From Penicillus capitatus (taxonomy: Eukaryota > Plantae > Chlorophyta), in NCBI GenBank assembly GCA_965649825.1, contig OZ287698.1:1441949-1505948 (forward strand): 64,000 nucleotides of DNA, given 5' to 3'. The position numbers and the translations under genes are program-made. The stretch's first letter is position 1; every line of letters begins with the position of its first letter. This document shows positions 50,784 to 62,858 of the stretch, piece by piece. The notes beneath the pieces are model-generated. The model did not search any database. It was not told the origin of the DNA and saw only the letters and a program-made list of their open reading frames with translations.

Positions 50784-52950
50784 ATGCTGTTGGCGGGACG
50801 CTACCAGAGACTCGACGTCATCGGTCGCGGCTCCTTTGGAGATGTCTACCGAGGGTATGACCACATCCATTGCCTAACAGACGCACCAATGTGTCTTCCC
50901 GATTCAGTATCGACACGCGAACCGACAGAGAAGTCGCCCTCAAAGTCATCGAGCTCGATAACTGGTAACATCTATCCTTCTCACTACTCGATACATACAC
51001 GAGTACATATGCCCACAGCCAAGATGATATCGACGATATTCACAAGGTGTGACCCAGAAACGCAATTCCTGAAAAGAGTGAGAGAATGAGTGAGATGTGG
51101 ATTGGACAGGAAATTGCTGCTTTGGCCAACTGCAGTTGTCCGAATATCACCGAATACTACGACTCCGTTATTTTTCAGGACTCTTCTGAACTGCTCATCG
51201 TGATGGAGCTAATGGCCTGTGCCGTCTCAGACTTGGTAGACAACAATACATGACGCGATCAGCCCATAACACAGCGCAATGTCTTTTCAGATTCAGATGG
51301 CGCCTTTGGATGAACTGCTTATTGCCTTTGTGCTCAGAGAAGTGCTTCAGGCCTTGGCATATCTGCATGATCAGAATCGTATGCACCGCGATATCAAGGC
51401 GGCGAATGTTTTGCTCTCTCGTCAGGCCAAAGTGAAGATTGCAGATTTTGGAGTGGCTGGTCAACTGACAGGCACCTTGGCCTTCAAGAGCAAGACATTT
51501 GTGGGCACACCATACTGGATGGCCCCCGAGGTGATTCAGTCTTCAGAGGGGTATACTAAGACGGCAGATGTGTGGTCCTTGGGCATTACTGCCATTGAGA
51601 TGGCGCACGGCCGTCCACCGAGATCCGATATGAATCCGATGAAAGTGCTGTTGATGGTGCCGCAAGCCGATCCGCCAGAATTGGAGGGGCCCTTTTCGGA
51701 TTGCTTTAAAGAATTTGTGAAGCTCTGTTTGACGATGGATCCTGAACAACGGCCTCCAGCCCATGCCCTTCTCACACATGATTTTGTTCGCCGAGCGACG
51801 GCGCCGCCAGATCTGGCTAGTCAGGTAAGACACATAGGAAGAGGTCGGCTGTTTAGGCGCGGTTATGTGGTTAGGTGGCTGCCGCTGTGGCACGACGTCC
51901 TCCGATTCCTCAGTTTCAGCGTGGACCCACACGTCCCCAACGACCCTCTCAGATTCCTGGCCCCAAATGGGATTTCGGCAAGTATAGTGGCGCGCCGCCG
52001 AGTGTCCGAATTCCGAGTCTCGATCAGGTAGTGCCTCTCACTCTCCTGATCGTATCACACATCGTGCAATGTTCATCAGTCCATGTCGATGGATGCGACG
52101 CGGACAACATTGGAAAGTCCGGGAAGTGCCATGAACTGGGGGAATACTGTAGAGGGACCACCTATATCGCCCATCCATGAGAACGCTTTTGCGGGAGGGA
52201 CAGTGAAACGGGAGACGGGATCGCGTCCGTCTTTGGCACAGACGCTCATGACTCAGAGCAGTTTGACAGGAAACGAGGCACTGTTCAGTTCACGTTTCCC
52301 GGAACCCCCATCTCCTACAGCTGCCTCCTCTCAGCCCGTCCCGTTAGAAGTAAAATCGATAGCTTCTCGACAGCTTCGTTGTCTATGCCATCCATAAATG
52401 TAGGCAGAGCCATCGGGGACGTTGCCGAATGCCTCGGTCAGTCGTATCACAAGTCAAAGCAGTTCATTCAAATCGCCCTCAGATGGCGGCGTCTATATGC
52501 AACTACTGCATCCGGCCTTTACGACGGCCTGCAAAAATCATAACATCTCTGAGCTGACGCCAACGGTCCTGTCTAGCCTCGAAGAAATCGAACGCCGAGT
52601 GCACCTTTCTTTGACGCTTTTCACTCCACGTGATACACCTACCTCTCTGTCATAGGCACCAGGTGTGCTGCTGACCATGATGAGCGAGTTGCTGAACATC
52701 CTGAGCACCACCGATGCTGTCACCATGCAACCGTTGCTGCAAACATTGCTCGTGAACTCAGGCCTCATCCATCAACATCAAGCTCAGGATACCGATGACA
52801 TTAAGTCCCTCGGGAGCTTTCTCCTTTCACGGTCACATCCCACCTTTCCTCTCCGGCCATAACTGGCGGCGCTTTTCTTTTAGATGGAAGGGACCTGTTG
52901 CCAGTGATATGCTTATCATGATGCTCAATGCCATGAAGCTTAAACAGTGA
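50784..52950 (+). CDS. STE20/GCK-III-like Ser/Thr kinase (plant MAP4K-alpha-like)
   Basis: IGRGSFGDVY, VALK, HRDIKAAN, DFG and FVGTPYWMAPEVI; C-terminal ERRAPG..LLSRW region. About nine introns. Confidence 0.93.
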
Positions 52951-53018
52951 AAGCATTCAGAGTGCCATTGCGTTATGACAAGGATGGACTACAGCGTCTT
53001 AACGCACAACAATAATCA

Positions 53019-53606
53019 TCACTTTGTCGTGCTCTTGGCTGTGTAATCTTGGGGATCCGATTCCAACATACTGCATCGAACCAGCACAACAGAATGAGAT
53101 GCGTCGTCTACAGAGGGTAAAGCATCCATACCTGACGGAACTCCTCACAATAGCTCTGCCAATGGCATTGATCCAGTCCTCCTTTTCTTTATCGGTATCC
53201 GCTATGAAGAACATCCGATCAGGTTCGTTAGTGGTGATTTCGAAGGAATTGGGTTTGTTCAGCGTATCTTCAGCTCCCTTTATTGACAGGCAACTGTTTA
53301 CAAGGATGACACCGCGCGGAACGCTTTCCTGTCAAGAATGCTGTGTTAGAGGCCAAGACATGGTCGACAGTGTTGAGCTGACCGACGTCACGATGTCCGA
53401 TTTGAACCAGAAAATTTTTCCCTGTTTTAGAACAAACCAGCGTCGACGCCATGTCTTGATGTACTCTCCTGTGACGAGATTTCGACAATGGAGGGATAGA
53501 AAGAGAAGGCCGGACCTTGTTTCATCAGCCATCCGGCTCGTTCGGGACTCTCCCAAAACGGAGTACTCGTCATCGATGAGGCACTACGTCCAAACAGTTG
53601 ATGCAT
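53019..53606 (-). CDS. Small PH-domain protein (AtPH1-like)
   Basis: PERAGWLMKQGEYIKTWRRRWFVLKQGKIFWF..PRGVI..CLSIKGAED..FFIADTDKEKEDWINAIGR. Three introns; alternative start at 53573. Confidence 0.92.
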
Positions 53607-53751
53607 GGACATCTCCGTTACGAACACACGAGAGTTGCATCCATCAATGTCACATCATGAGACGCGATCAAAGCAGGCAAGGATATCGCAATGGATGGCG
53701 GACGATTGAGTGAGCGAACGTACGAACGCCGTTAAAAAACGAACGCAGACT

Positions 53752-55449
53752 TTACACATGCAGATGTTTGCGTGCTCTCTTGCGACGCGAACGGAAGAGG
53801 GCGACCAAGACAGACAGAACAAAGGCAGTGAGTGCCACTGCTGTAATATAGGTGGGCAGATAGAAAGACGAGACTTCGACAGGACGGCCCGTGAGGTGCA
53901 GACGACTGTGATGATAATTGTCTGCTTTTATGTCGCCCCTTGCCACAAAGACACGGCATCTTATATCATCCATAATTTTGTCGATTCCCAGGTGGAGGCA
54001 GCGAATCTTCTCCATCGCCTCCAGTCGTTGAGCATCCGATTGTGATGTGACACTTGAATCGGATTGGGCGTAGCTGAAACTCGGCAGAGAAGGAATATAC
54101 GTACGACAGATCTCACACGACGCTCGGCAATTGTCTCGCATATACATCCACGTGTTGTCGCACTCTTTTCTCTGTCTCCAGTAGAGGCAGAACTCGTGAT
54201 CATCGTGACAGATGACGCCAGGGATGTGCAGGTACGCATACATCTCGTCCAATTCCTTCTCGATCTTGTCCACGATGCCACACTGCTCCTCGACGGCTTC
54301 TTTCTGATCGGTGCATTCGCGTCGATGCCGCTCGCACAATGCCTTGTTGATGGTATTGACGACATCGATGGCCAGCAGATGGCTGTACTTCTTTCTCGGT
54401 TCTCTCTCTGTGATACTACTCTTGGGATAGGGCGGATGCAGCAAGAGACCGATGTCTTCGGCTGTCTTTCTGTTGGCGCTCATGTTCCAAGGCGGACACC
54501 GCAGAGACTCGAAATCAAAGTGCTCGTGTTTGCTGAAGACATAGTTGCCCACTTCATTCCTGAGTCCATAGTGGACAATGACTGGGATGTCTTTCACTGG
54601 ATATCCAGGGTAGTACTGCACGGCTGACTCGACCTTGTGTCGGATTCCGACCTTTGCAGCGGCAAAGACGTAACCGTACATCTCCGAAATCCATGCCTTC
54701 TGTCCTTGCTTAATTTTGGTATCGCCGGTTAGATTCCAGGCATTGGGATCTTCTCGGACAGCCTCGGTGTAGCTCAGCCACAGTGGAGCGATTTTGGCTA
54801 AATCGCGTGTCCTCACAAAGTAAAAGGCCCCGGCTTCGTCTGCCCGTCTGCCCGATGGTCCACCATAGTGATCTTCTTTTCGAGGGACGTCCGGTATGTG
54901 CCGATCTGCCAAGGCGTTGTTCACTCCTGCGAGGTAGTTGTAGTGTGAGGACAGCGCATATCCTTCTGGGACTTCGAAGTCTTTCAGCGTAAAAGGTTGC
55001 TTGAATATCATATCTGGGTCCAAAATGAGAGTCCATTCAGCTGTCGGGAGTCGTTCTGCCAACCAAAACATCATGGAGACAGGCTTGTTGTAAGGCTGAT
55101 AGTAGTCTCCCGTAATGGGATGCTGTTTCCAGTTAGGCACGACGAGGGTGTCCATAATGGCCAAGTCCTCGTCCTTCAGCTTCTCCTTAGCTTCATCCTC
55201 GTTGCAGCTGATGACTCGGGTAATTTTTCCAGGCTGCCCCACTTTGTCGAAGGTATACTTCATCGCGAGCGCCTGGTAAACGAAATACGACTTGAAGCAT
55301 TCCGTTGAAATGACCACATGAATCGCCCCCTTCTCGGACCCGATAACAGGGTCGTCTAAGATAGTCGGCAGCGCTCTTTCTGTACTAGCATTGACTAGGA
55401 GGATCCTTCCGGCGAGGACCAAGTATACGAGTATGCGCCAATCCTGCAT
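53752..55449 (-). CDS. Peptidyl-serine alpha-galactosyltransferase / HPAT-like glycosyltransferase with ShKT domain and C-terminal TM
   Basis: Intronless. HVVISTEC..QPGKITRVISC, YNKP, ILDPDM and WISEMYGYVFAAA; ShKT CHDDHEFC..W..ECD..M..NCRASCEIC. Confidence 0.85.
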   Translation of the reverse strand: MQDWRILVYLVLAGRILLVNASTERALPTILDDPVIGSEKGAIHVVISTECFKSYFVYQALAMKYTFDKVGQPGKITRVISCNEDEAKEKLKDEDLAIMDTLVVPNWKQHPITGDYYQPYNKPVSMMFWLAERLPTAEWTLILDPDMIFKQPFTLKDFEVPEGYALSSHYNYLAGVNNALADRHIPDVPRKEDHYGGPSGRRADEAGAFYFVRTRDLAKIAPLWLSYTEAVREDPNAWNLTGDTKIKQGQKAWISEMYGYVFAAAKVGIRHKVESAVQYYPGYPVKDIPVIVHYGLRNEVGNYVFSKHEHFDFESLRCPPWNMSANRKTAEDIGLLLHPPYPKSSITEREPRKKYSHLLAIDVVNTINKALCERHRRECTDQKEAVEEQCGIVDKIEKELDEMYAYLHIPGVICHDDHEFCLYWRQRKECDNTWMYMRDNCRASCEICRTYIPSLPSFSYAQSDSSVTSQSDAQRLEAMEKIRCLHLGIDKIMDDIRCRVFVARGDIKADNYHHSRLHLTGRPVEVSSFYLPTYITAVALTAFVLSVLVALFRSRRKRARKHLHV

Positions 55450-55494
55450 AGAAGCCGAGAAAGAACTCTCGATGCAACTACAATGATGTGACCG

Positions 55495-56526
55495 CTACAA
55501 GAAGAGAACGGGCTCTTGAAAGACGTCTCCCGTCTTTTGAAAACAGATGTGACAGGCTTTGAGTTTCTGTTTGAGTTCCAAGACCGATTCAAGCGTCAAG
55601 GCGTCGCAGCGCATGACCCTTAAATCACGTAAAGGGAGAGAACTGAGTGACTGGACAGTGCCTTGAGGCATCAAGAGATGGCAGAAGTTCGCGATGAGAG
55701 AGGTGAGGTTCTTGCATCCCCTCAAATGTACAAAGGAAGCATCGGAGACATCGGTTGACGAGACGTCCAGCAGTTGCAGGCAGGACAGGGCACTCAAGTG
55801 GCGGAATCCACGTCCACGAATCCCCTTGGATGAAGAGAGGCACAGTGCTGTGAGTCTGGTAAGGGCAGAAAGAAAACGCAGCCCGTTATCATCGATGCTG
55901 CATTTCTGTAAAGACAGCTTCTCCAGCCTCGACATCGAGGAGAGAAAGAGATAGTCGGCAGAATCCAGAGTGCCATCTCCATCGAATTCGAGTCGGGTAA
56001 GCTGCGCCAAGCGTGTCAGAGACGGAACGCCCCGAGCTGTGATGGTGAGATAGCCGCCAATGTGCACCGATCGCAGTCCGGAACAGCAGGTGAGAACCTC
56101 CAGTGCTCTGTCATTGATGTGACGGATCTCGAGTTGCTGCAGTTGCGTGAGAGACGAGAGACAGTGTAGCTCGGAATACATAAGGATCGATTCAGAGATT
56201 TCTGCCACAGGATCGGACATGAGAGCAGACGGAGTGCAGGGTTTGCATCTCTTGAGGTCCAAGACACGAAGAGAGGGGCATTGGGTCACCATATACGATA
56301 ACTGTTTCAGATAACACCTGGGAGCCAAGAAATGCAAATTCTTCAAAACAACGCGTCGCCAATTTCGACAGACAGAAGCCGCTTCACGCAGTGTCCATGT
56401 CCAGGGGTCCTCAAATGGCGCATCGGAGTCGCCTCGTTGGCGTTCAATATAGAGGACGCACTTCGCAAATACGTCATCGGGCAAAGAAGACCAGCAATGA
56501 CACGTGCTTTCCATGATGTCTGACAT
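55495..56526 (-). CDS. F-box/leucine-rich-repeat protein
   Basis: WSSLPDDVFAKC..ASVCRNWR F-box, then LRRs (LTRLEFD, LEKLSLQKC, LQLLDVSST). Intronless; the upstream ORF extension overlaps the zf-CW gene. Confidence 0.88.
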   Translation of the reverse strand: MSDIMESTCHCWSSLPDDVFAKCVLYIERQRGDSDAPFEDPWTWTLREAASVCRNWRRVVLKNLHFLAPRCYLKQLSYMVTQCPSLRVLDLKRCKPCTPSALMSDPVAEISESILMYSELHCLSSLTQLQQLEIRHINDRALEVLTCCSGLRSVHIGGYLTITARGVPSLTRLAQLTRLEFDGDGTLDSADYLFLSSMSRLEKLSLQKCSIDDNGLRFLSALTRLTALCLSSSKGIRGRGFRHLSALSCLQLLDVSSTDVSDASFVHLRGCKNLTSLIANFCHLLMPQGTVQSLSSLPLRDLRVMRCDALTLESVLELKQKLKACHICFQKTGDVFQEPVLFL

Positions 56527-56568
56527 GACGCAACGCTGTTCGATGTCATTATTGCTGGTTTGCAAAGA

Positions 56569-57250
56569 ATGAAGATGCAAGAAGATCCCAAAGTCGAGTT
56601 TGTGGAGGATTTGTGGGTGCAATGCGATGCGCCTTCGTGTCGAAAATGGCGGCGACTGCCAGCAGGGACTGTAGTGGATGATCACGTCCGTTGGTACTGT
56701 CGGATGAATCCCGACACGCGATACAACGCCTGCGATATCGAAGAGGAGCACTATGACGAACGGAATGAGATTCTGTTGACGGCTGCCAAGGCCGAACCTA
56801 AACCGAAAGGACGACATCGTTCAAAGCGACGCAAACAGGACGCCAAGACGGAACCTGCCGAGAAGGCCATCTCGCCAAAGGCAGAGTTACAGAAACGGCA
56901 GCAATGGTGCGAGAAGAAGCTCAAGGCATTGGCAGAATCACTCGAACGGGTCGCCTGGACACACGAAGACCAGCAGTACCTCCACGTGCACGCTCCGGAA
57001 GGCGCCAAACGTGTGCTGGAATGCCTGGATCTCTCTTCTGCCCTCGCCTACTTCACACAGGTCGTACACGACCCCCTATATCAACGTCAGGCCACTGACG
57101 ATCTTGATTCCTCACGGTGTGCAGACAGCGGATGATCAACGGCAGTCGATGCTGGAGCAGATCAAAGAGGTCCATCAGTTACATCTGAAACAGGCATTGG
57201 AGCAGGCCATGGGAGATATTCAGGGGATGCTGAAAGAGCTCTCGACTTGA
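56569..57250 (+). CDS. CW-type zinc finger protein
   Basis: WVQCDAPSCRKWRRL..WYCRMNPDTRYNACDIEEE, followed by a basic NLS-like stretch and a coiled coil. One probable intron. Confidence 0.88.
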
Positions 57251-57338
57251 GGGATATTCGGTATCGCGCTGCGCCGCTTGGACGCTGTCGTTTCATGTCT
57301 TGCGCCTTGACATTGTCTTCATTCTTTGCTGCTTCTAC

Positions 57339-58925
57339 ATGAATGTTTCTTCCGCGTGTCTCGCGGGAATGGTCGGCCGATGCGTCGTACCGGCCGTTCG
57401 ACATCATCTGAAGACCAGGAAGGAAGTCCATGACTTCGCACATAAGGACACGATCCAGTGGAACAGTCGTCACTCGTGGCGCTATCTGTGCGGTCGGACG
57501 GATTTGGACGGTCCAGCGCCTCTCTCCACGAAAACGATGTCAGAATCTCCTCTGCTTGACGGCACGCTTGAATTTTCGTTCTGGCGGGAATGTCTAACAC
57601 TTTTGACGCTTAGCACTCCTGCTCTCTTTCAAGGATTCTTGGCCATCGGTCTGACCTCTGTTGTTTATCTGTTCATGGGGAGACTCGGTTCCTTGCCCCT
57701 CTCCATTGCCTCTCTGTCTTTTTCTTTCTTTACATTAACTGGCTCCTCTGTCGTTTCCGGTCTCTCCATGGGCATCGAAACGATTGGAGGGCAGGCCAAT
57801 GGAGCAGGAAATGCACAGCTGGTCTCCGTCGCCTTTCTACAGGGATTGTCCTCATCGCTGATCGCCTGTATCGTGATCTCGCTGGCATGGAGTCAAGCAG
57901 AATGGGTTTTCTTGAAGCTCGGTCAAACCCCTTCCATAGCAACCAAAGCTGCACATTATCTGCAGTTACTGATTCCTTATCTCTTCACCGAAGTCATCTT
58001 CTCTTGTCAAGCAAAAGCCTTGGAAGCGCGCGGCATCGTCCGGCCAATAACCACTGCCTGTGGTCTTGCTATCTTCATTTCTCCTTTGCTTTCTTGGTTC
58101 TTGATATTCAAAACGCGATTTGGCATGTATGGCGGCCCCATTGCCCTCACACTGATCAGTTTGTTTACTGCAGTGACGCTGAGCATCTGGACGCATCCCG
58201 TCAAGATCGTGGAGTCCGGTTCCGTGGCACAGATGATGAAAGAGGGCTGGGGATCATTCCGTCGATACATGTCTGTGACATTGCCAGGCTTGGGAACCGT
58301 GTGTAGTGAATGGTGGACGTACGAGGTCTTCACTGTCTCCGCAGGCATCCTCCCATCTCCAGAACTCAGTCTGGGCATCATGGGTGCTTCCAACACTATC
58401 ATTAACATTCTCTTTGTCGTGGCGTTGGGCCTGGCAACGGGTGTGCTGGTCAGAGTGTCGAATCTCTTGGGAGCAGGGTATACACGCAAGGCCATTGCTT
58501 CGGCGCGGACGGCTGTGTTCATCGCCGCCATCTTCGAAACTGTCAGCCTCATGACCATCTGCCACTTTGCCCGTCCCATCAGCAGCATCTGGTTCAGTGA
58601 TCCGACAGCCGAAAGCATTTTTGTCTCCGCCTTGCCCCTTATCTCCCTGACGGAATGGGGATCTGGAATGAGCTTTGTCTTGGGTGGCATTCTTCGAGCC
58701 TGTAATCGAGGCAAGTATGAATTGTTTGCAAATTTTAGTTGTTATTGGTTTGTTGGTATACCTCTGGGACTATTCCTCGGCTTTGCTTCCCACATGGGCA
58801 TCATTGGATTTTGGATCGGTTTAGCCACAGCCGCAATATTGCAGTCCATTGTTTTAGCATTTGTCGTGTGCCAATTGAATTTCGATTTGGAGATGAAACG
58901 TGCGCATCAATTAACCGATGTGTGA
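57339..58925 (+). CDS. MATE-family efflux transporter
   Basis: Intronless, multi-TM. GLSMGIETIGGQANGA, CSEWWTYE, VRVSNLLGAG, GGILRAC and YWFVGIPLG. Start uncertain (57339, 57369 or 57538). Confidence 0.92.
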   Translation: MNVSSACLAGMVGRCVVPAVRHHLKTRKEVHDFAHKDTIQWNSRHSWRYLCGRTDLDGPAPLSTKTMSESPLLDGTLEFSFWRECLTLLTLSTPALFQGFLAIGLTSVVYLFMGRLGSLPLSIASLSFSFFTLTGSSVVSGLSMGIETIGGQANGAGNAQLVSVAFLQGLSSSLIACIVISLAWSQAEWVFLKLGQTPSIATKAAHYLQLLIPYLFTEVIFSCQAKALEARGIVRPITTACGLAIFISPLLSWFLIFKTRFGMYGGPIALTLISLFTAVTLSIWTHPVKIVESGSVAQMMKEGWGSFRRYMSVTLPGLGTVCSEWWTYEVFTVSAGILPSPELSLGIMGASNTIINILFVVALGLATGVLVRVSNLLGAGYTRKAIASARTAVFIAAIFETVSLMTICHFARPISSIWFSDPTAESIFVSALPLISLTEWGSGMSFVLGGILRACNRGKYELFANFSCYWFVGIPLGLFLGFASHMGIIGFWIGLATAAILQSIVLAFVVCQLNFDLEMKRAHQLTDV

Positions 58926-58939
58926 AATCCATAGACACC

Positions 58940-60520
58940 ATGCATACACCGTTTGACGATTCCTTCGCGATGCTTCGAATGGACGACGGTCCCACACGAG
59001 CGTCGTCGGCCACAACGAAAAACGCAAAGAAACAAAGCTCGCGACAGGGCAGAGACCATACCGATAAACACGTGGCCACTTCTCCGATACACCAGACGCA
59101 TGCCGACAAACACGACACCGATTTTCAGGATCCGATCGAGAGCACGAGACACAGGACCTCCACCGAAAGAGGTAAGGCTCCCCAGAGTAACGTCAGATGC
59201 CAAGAGAGTTCAGGAATTGGATATAAGTCGTTCTCTGAGAGCGCCGTTTCGCAATGGGAGGGATTTCTGTTTCGGAGTACGACGTCGACAGAAGAGTCTG
59301 CTCGTACCAGGGTCTACAATACGCTGTTCCGAGTTCCTTATCATCTGGAACGGTTCATATGGACAGGAGTCGTCTGCTGTCTCAATATCCTTCTGGTAGG
59401 GGCATTCTGCACTCTCTATGCTCTCGATTGTCCCTGTTTGCCGTTAGCATAGACGCTCATATGCTGTCTGCCAATTCGCACCGTTCTGCGCCTTCTGAGA
59501 GGCGAACGAAAAAGCGGTGTGCTGTTTGACGCCATCTGGTGTGTGACACTTGTGCTGGGCGTGTATCTCCATGCAGCTTTCATCGAACCTGGAATGCTCT
59601 ACTTTGGAATGAAGGACTTTACAGCCGAGTTTCTGAAGATCACACTCGTCTACGTCGCACTGGACGTTGCCGACAAGGTCACGCACATATCTGCCTCTCC
59701 ACAAGCACGAAATCTCTTGCCTTCTCAGATCATGTCCAATGTGGGCGTTGACGTTATCCGAATGCTGACAGAGAGTTGCGAACTGTACTGCAGTGGCAGG
59801 ACTGCCTGGTTCAGTCTCGTATTCGATTCTCTTCTCTTCATGCTCATGGCATGGCTGCACAGTCTCATCGTCATGAGCATCGCCATGGTGTGGTATATGT
59901 CGATGGAGAGCGAGAAGACTATTCTCGCTTTCATGATCATCAGCAACTTTGGAGAAATCAAGACCTCTGTCTTCAAGAGATTTGATATCAAGAAGTTGTT
60001 CATTCTCTGTCGTATGGATATTATCGAACGGGTCAATCTCTTCATTGCCACGCTGTTTATTGTCGTGGAGGATCTCGGTCAAGTCGGAGTGTGGACAATG
60101 AATCGAGATATTCTCATCAACTGCGCAGCGATTCTCATTTTGGAATCGGTCGTCGATATCATCAAGCACTCGGTCGTGGTCAATTTCAATGGAGTGCGGC
60201 CAGGAATCTATAGAGAGTATCTCAAAGATATCTGCCAGTCACATCTGGAACGTGGGGAGCAAGGATCGGTCGAGAAATTGGTCTTCGAGCCTATCGGTGC
60301 GTCCATTCTCCTTTCGAGAGTCGTCGTTTCTGCTCTGTCTGTTGGAAGCCGCCCCCAGAGCATCCAGTTACCATGCCTTCTGATTCTGTTGCTGCTTCTC
60401 TTGGCCGCGAAGCTGCTGATCGGCTGGTGTCTGCAGTTGGGTGCCGTCTGGTATGTGCGTTACTTTGAATCGCGTTATGGAGAGGGGGGAAAATCGGACA
60501 AGAGCATAAAACAGTCTTAG
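58940..60520 (+). CDS. TAPT1: TAPT1/POD1/Emp65 (DUF747) ER membrane protein
   Basis: LFRVPYHLERFIWTG, DVADK, ISNFGEIKTSVFKRFD, MDIIERVNL and ESVVDIIKHS. Two introns. Confidence 0.9.
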
Positions 60521-60706
60521 CAGACATGACTTACAGGCCGTTGTCTTATATCGGCTGCACATTCTTGATTGTCTACACTAGATCATCATCTTCTTTAAGA
60601 CAGCTTGTTCACAATAAAGGGCCTCAGAATCGAAGGGGGATCTGATAGCAAGGAAGAAAAGACAGCATTCTGCTGGTAATAAACGGAAAGGGTTCATACG
60701 ACTGCC

Positions 60707-62285
60707 CTAGAATCGCACAGCATAGGACGCTTGCTTGATGCAGTTCTGACTCTTGAGTGCCACCGGCGTTGATCTTTTTGCCGTCAGCGTGTGGCTAAGA
60801 ACTTCCAACAACGATCCTCGGGGCACCGAGACACAGGAAATCTTCATCGGCTGATGCGCCTCGAGCGCCAACGGGTTGCAAAGATGAGGAGCTTCGAATG
60901 CATAGACCTGAACGGACTGGGCGATCTGGGACCCGCCGGTGTGCGCAAGCATCCACTCGGGAACAGCAAGGGCTATGACGGAGTTGGTTCCGCTGTACTG
61001 ATCGAAGTGCGTTGTCAGTGAACCCTGTCCGAGAACGTCGATCGTGCCAACTTGAGTCACTTCGTTCCCGACAATCTCCACGACAGCTGCCTGTGTGACG
61101 CCGATGGGCGGGGGTCGCACAGGGACACCCGATGGACACGCCAATGTAGCGTTTGTAGATAGTCGTGGTGCGGCAGCGTCCGGCGTTGTCTCCAGGACGG
61201 TCGCCGTGCCATCGGCGCCATTTGGCACGGATAACTGCGACGCTGTTCCTTGGGGTGCGTGTCGAGCACATGACAGCGCCGTCTGAGGTTCTGCACAGCG
61301 TTCTGCCTGTGCCGTCGGGTGTTGTATCGCGCGCAGAACAGAAGGCGGGCCGTATACTTGCTCAGAATCCAGCTGTGCGGTCGCGATGACGTCGATGCCT
61401 GACAGAACTGTACAGACGCAGCGGAGCAGCTGCTGCAGGTTTGCAGTCTCCACTGGACATCGTTCCACCTCCATCTCTGCAAGAAGGCGCCTCGAGCAAA
61501 GTGGTTCCTATGGTAAGACGATCCCGCCTGGGTCTGTCACCCAGACACCATCTTGCCTTCGTTGCTTTCAGTACTCTCAGGAGGCGGACGACGAACTCCG
61601 CCAGGCAGTTCTCAGACGTATCAGAAGCGGGCAGCTGGCCTGCAAGAAAAGAAGGCGCGTGTCTGACAGCGTCCCCCGCGATGCTCACGTTCGGCCTGAT
61701 GCTGCAGGAAGCGGCTGCAGATTTCTGCTACTCGTTCGGCCCCCGTCCACGACCAAGCATCGCATCCCTCACGTTTCACGACCTGCGGACTCGCGCCCTC
61801 GGTCGAACGCCGATCTCCTGTGCCATTCGACGCACCTCGAGCGGAGAAAGAACGTCGACGATGAACTTTAACGTAGACTCGGGAATTTCAAGAGCGTGGG
61901 CAGCCTGCGGGATTCTAAAATGAACGGCGGTGCCTCCGTCGCTTCGTCCTGCGAAGGCGACAAAGCGTTTGACGCCATCGCACAAACCTGCCGCGCCACC
62001 GTACAATCTCGTTGAGCGAGGTGGTTGTTCACTTTCTACGCTTGAAGGTAGAACTGTCGGCGCCTGCTCGACGCTCTCCTTTGCGTTCTTCACATTCAAG
62101 GACTGCAGCCCTTCGATAGCAGCCAGCTCTCTCTTGTCAATCATGGACAAGTGCAGAAAGAGCTCAGCGAAGTCTTTGCGCCGGCCACGCTTCGCACGCT
62201 TTCCTCTCGTAAGCTGCGGCTTCGTCAAAGCGGCCTGGCGTCGCCTTCCTTTCGCACGATTCCCTTTTTCGTTTCTCTGCGTCAT
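60707..62285 (-). CDS. Hypothetical protein with basic N-terminus
   Basis: Three frames joined by a GT-AG intron and a GC-AG intron (61508-61556). No family recognised. Confidence 0.6.
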
Positions 62286-62858
62286 TGCGTTCACCTAAGA
62301 GCAACAGCACATTTGCAATGCACTAACAAGACAGCAAACTGCCAAGAATCGGGGCATTTCTTGACCGACCTAGCGCGATGCGGCTAATAATGCCAAGCGA
62401 AGAAACAGTGTCACGTTTGGAGGTTCACAGAAAGAGATGCCGTCCAAAGCAAAAAACAATAGAAAGACGTGTTGGTTGGAAGCTACGGTCGCGAGCCTTC
62501 GAGAACACCTTCCCATCTGTCGTCATGCGACGCGACGCCGCGGGACGAGAGAGTTCAAATGGCGCCGCGAACGCGTACTGCGGACACGCTTTTCGTGTGC
62601 GAGGTCGAATTGGCGTATACAGGCGTTGCCACGCATGTAAGCGACATGCAGATTACTTTGCGCCACGTGTGCACCGTTTTTCAATGCGTTTATCTTCACA
62701 GCACCTCGGTTTCTTGTGCTGTTGTCGTCACTGCCACGTTTCCTCGTTCAATATTGTGCGTGATTGTGCAATAAGTTTGTCTGGTTGGGAAGGAAAATAA
62801 AATAGCGTCCGATATGAAGTTTACGACGCGATCGAATCTGAGCGATTGTAAAGCGTTC

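Noticed and set aside
56527-56817. N-terminal extension of the 440-aa F-box ORF in the track
   Set aside because: Starts at a non-ATG codon and lies antisense to the zf-CW coding region; the F-box begins just after the ATG at 56526.
58911-58945. MATE-TAPT1 fusion through a tiny GTGTGA..CATAG intron
   Set aside because: It would be 15 nt, far below the roughly 45-65 nt seen for other introns.
62378-62800. 140-aa plus-strand ORF
   Set aside because: Starts at a non-ATG codon in a divergent promoter interval; composition looks non-coding.
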